Shown here one piece after another: positions 62,730 through 64,000 of a DNA stretch of 64,000 nt (positions are counted from its first letter, which is position 1; every line of letters starts with the position of its first letter). The translations under genes were made by a program, and so were the position numbers. The DNA is taken from NCBI GenBank assembly GCA_963976865.1, contig CAXBLY010000003.1:11154-75153 (forward strand), in the 5' to 3' direction. This DNA comes from an uncultured Gammaproteobacteria bacterium. Its GTDB lineage: Bacteria; Pseudomonadota; Gammaproteobacteria; UBA4575. The notes under the pieces were generated by a model. It searched no databases and was not told the origin of the DNA. It worked only from the letters and a program-made list of their open reading frames with translations.

Positions 62730-63857
62730 TTATAGTTTTACAATCTTTTTCTTTAGTAGCCAGTGAATGATCAGTCCGTAGATAAATGCAATTCCAACGT
62801 TCCAGATAGTAGCAGCAGCGACGGTGTACAAAGTAAATCGTTCATGTTTTTTGAAACCAGTATCACAGGCGCCTAAAGCAAGTTGTGCGCCTGTCAGGAA
62901 TAAGATAATACCCAGTATGGAGGTTGGAAATATTTTAAATAACACACTTATTGAGTCGCCCAGAATTAATGCCAAAAATAACAATATTGTTCCAATGATA
63001 ACAGTTGCACCACCTGTACTGGCGCCAAAACGAACGTGCCCCGCCATGCCGCCAGCGCCATGGCACAAAGGTATACCGCTGAACATGGAGCTGAAGGTAT
63101 TCATAATGCCTGTTGAGACAGCTACTTTGTTTTCTGTGATAGGGCGATCGGGAAATAATCTGTTGTTTTCTTCCTTGATTGCGACTATGGCATTACCCAG
63201 GGTCATTGGAAGTTGAGGGAGTGCCAGGAATAATGTGCCTATCACAAAGTCATTAAAAGTAATTTTATGCCAGGAAAAATCAGGTGTCTGAATATTGAAT
63301 TGAATATTTTTAAACTCATTGACAAGGTGAGGGTCTTGGGCGAGTGAGATGATCGCGCCAAAGACAAGCAGCATTATCATTGCTGGAAAGCGTTTATTTG
63401 TTAATAGTAACAGAGTGCCAAACAGTCCTATTGCTCCTATCAACCAGTCTGTAGATATTCTTTCTATACCATCCAGCATAAAAGCTATGCCTAAACCTAG
63501 AATAATTCCAAGGGTAATGGGCCGCGATATAATTTTTGCCAGTTTAGAGGCAAGTCCGGTAATGCCAAGAAAAATCCATATGATGCCTGTTGCCAAGCCG
63601 GCAGCAATCACAGTATTGGATGTGATCACTAAAGTCTGGGCTGCCTGCGTAGTTGCTATGGCGCCTATTGCCTTCATGGGTTGAACAGGAAAGGGTGTTT
63701 TATAGTACAGGCCAACGATTATCTGCGATACACCTATTACAAATAATAAACTGCTGGGTTCAATATCAACCAGAGTAATATAGGCAATAGCAAATGGTAT
63801 TAAGGTGCCCAGGTCACCAAAAGCACCAGCCCACTCCATACGATTATATTTATTCAT
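62730..63857 (-). CDS. Anion (sulfate/molybdate, MOT1/SulP-like) transporter family membrane protein
   Basis: 375 aa with about 10 TM helices. N-terminal WAGAFGDLGTLIPF motif typical of MOT1/sulfate-transporter-like permeases. Confidence 0.5.
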   Translation of the reverse strand: MNKYNRMEWAGAFGDLGTLIPFAIAYITLVDIEPSSLLFVIGVSQIIVGLYYKTPFPVQPMKAIGAIATTQAAQTLVITSNTVIAAGLATGIIWIFLGITGLASKLAKIISRPITLGIILGLGIAFMLDGIERISTDWLIGAIGLFGTLLLLTNKRFPAMIMLLVFGAIISLAQDPHLVNEFKNIQFNIQTPDFSWHKITFNDFVIGTLFLALPQLPMTLGNAIVAIKEENNRLFPDRPITENKVAVSTGIMNTFSSMFSGIPLCHGAGGMAGHVRFGASTGGATVIIGTILLFLALILGDSISVLFKIFPTSILGIILFLTGAQLALGACDTGFKKHERFTLYTVAAATIWNVGIAFIYGLIIHWLLKKKIVKL

Positions 63858-64000
63858 CCGGATAAATAGTTTGCTGTACTGATAATCATTTGACTATGAA
63901 TTATATAGTGATATCTATCTATGACGAAGATTTAATTGCTATATGAATTATTGTGCACACATATCTATGCAAGCGATTGCATATTTGTTTTCGCTGGCAG

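Overview
This 64 kb window is low-GC (about 38-40%), gene-dense, and looks chromosomal. The gene set (creA, yajD, sodB, ald, czcCBA-like, a PA2778/PA2779 pair) points to a gammaproteobacterium. There are no rRNA or tRNA genes, no CRISPR array and no transposase or integrase.

Layout:
- 1-12.4 kb: nitrate assimilation locus. It holds the 3' end of an NrtA/NasS-like gene, a NasA-type molybdopterin nitrate reductase translationally coupled to an unusual 4x[4Fe-4S] ferredoxin/membrane-anchor fusion, and nrtABC-like ABC transporter genes. A convergent operon encodes a NirA/CysI-family sirohaem reductase and a flavodoxin-less CysJ-like flavoprotein.
- Both the nrtA operon and the nirA-like operon carry 5' leader hairpins followed by a U-tract, i.e. 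apparent antitermination attenuators of the NasT/NasR (ANTAR) type.
- 13.9-20 kb: czcCBA-like heavy-metal RND efflux operon. The outer-membrane factor gene is interrupted by an in-frame TAA.
- 20-47 kb: small stress, membrane and secreted proteins. These include two UPF0391 genes (one missed by the ORF track), two paralogous EF-hand proteins, two PRC-barrel proteins, a sigma54 activator, sodB, a TetR/hydrolase/redox islet and a GGDEF-EAL sensor.
- 47-54 kb: ald, a PA2779/PA2778 pair, an SLC13 transporter, yajD and a frameshift-split AstE/AspA deacylase.
- 54.7-58.4 kb: a two-gene, four-domain enzyme module (SAM methyltransferase-ATP-grasp fusion plus GNAT-carbon-nitrogen hydrolase fusion) that matches no pathway I can name. 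This is the most likely candidate for an undescribed small-molecule system.
- 59.4-63.9 kb: copper-type module (Cys/His/Met-rich periplasmic protein, TolC-like lipoprotein with a His-rich tail, Tat-exported multicopper oxidase) and an anion transporter.
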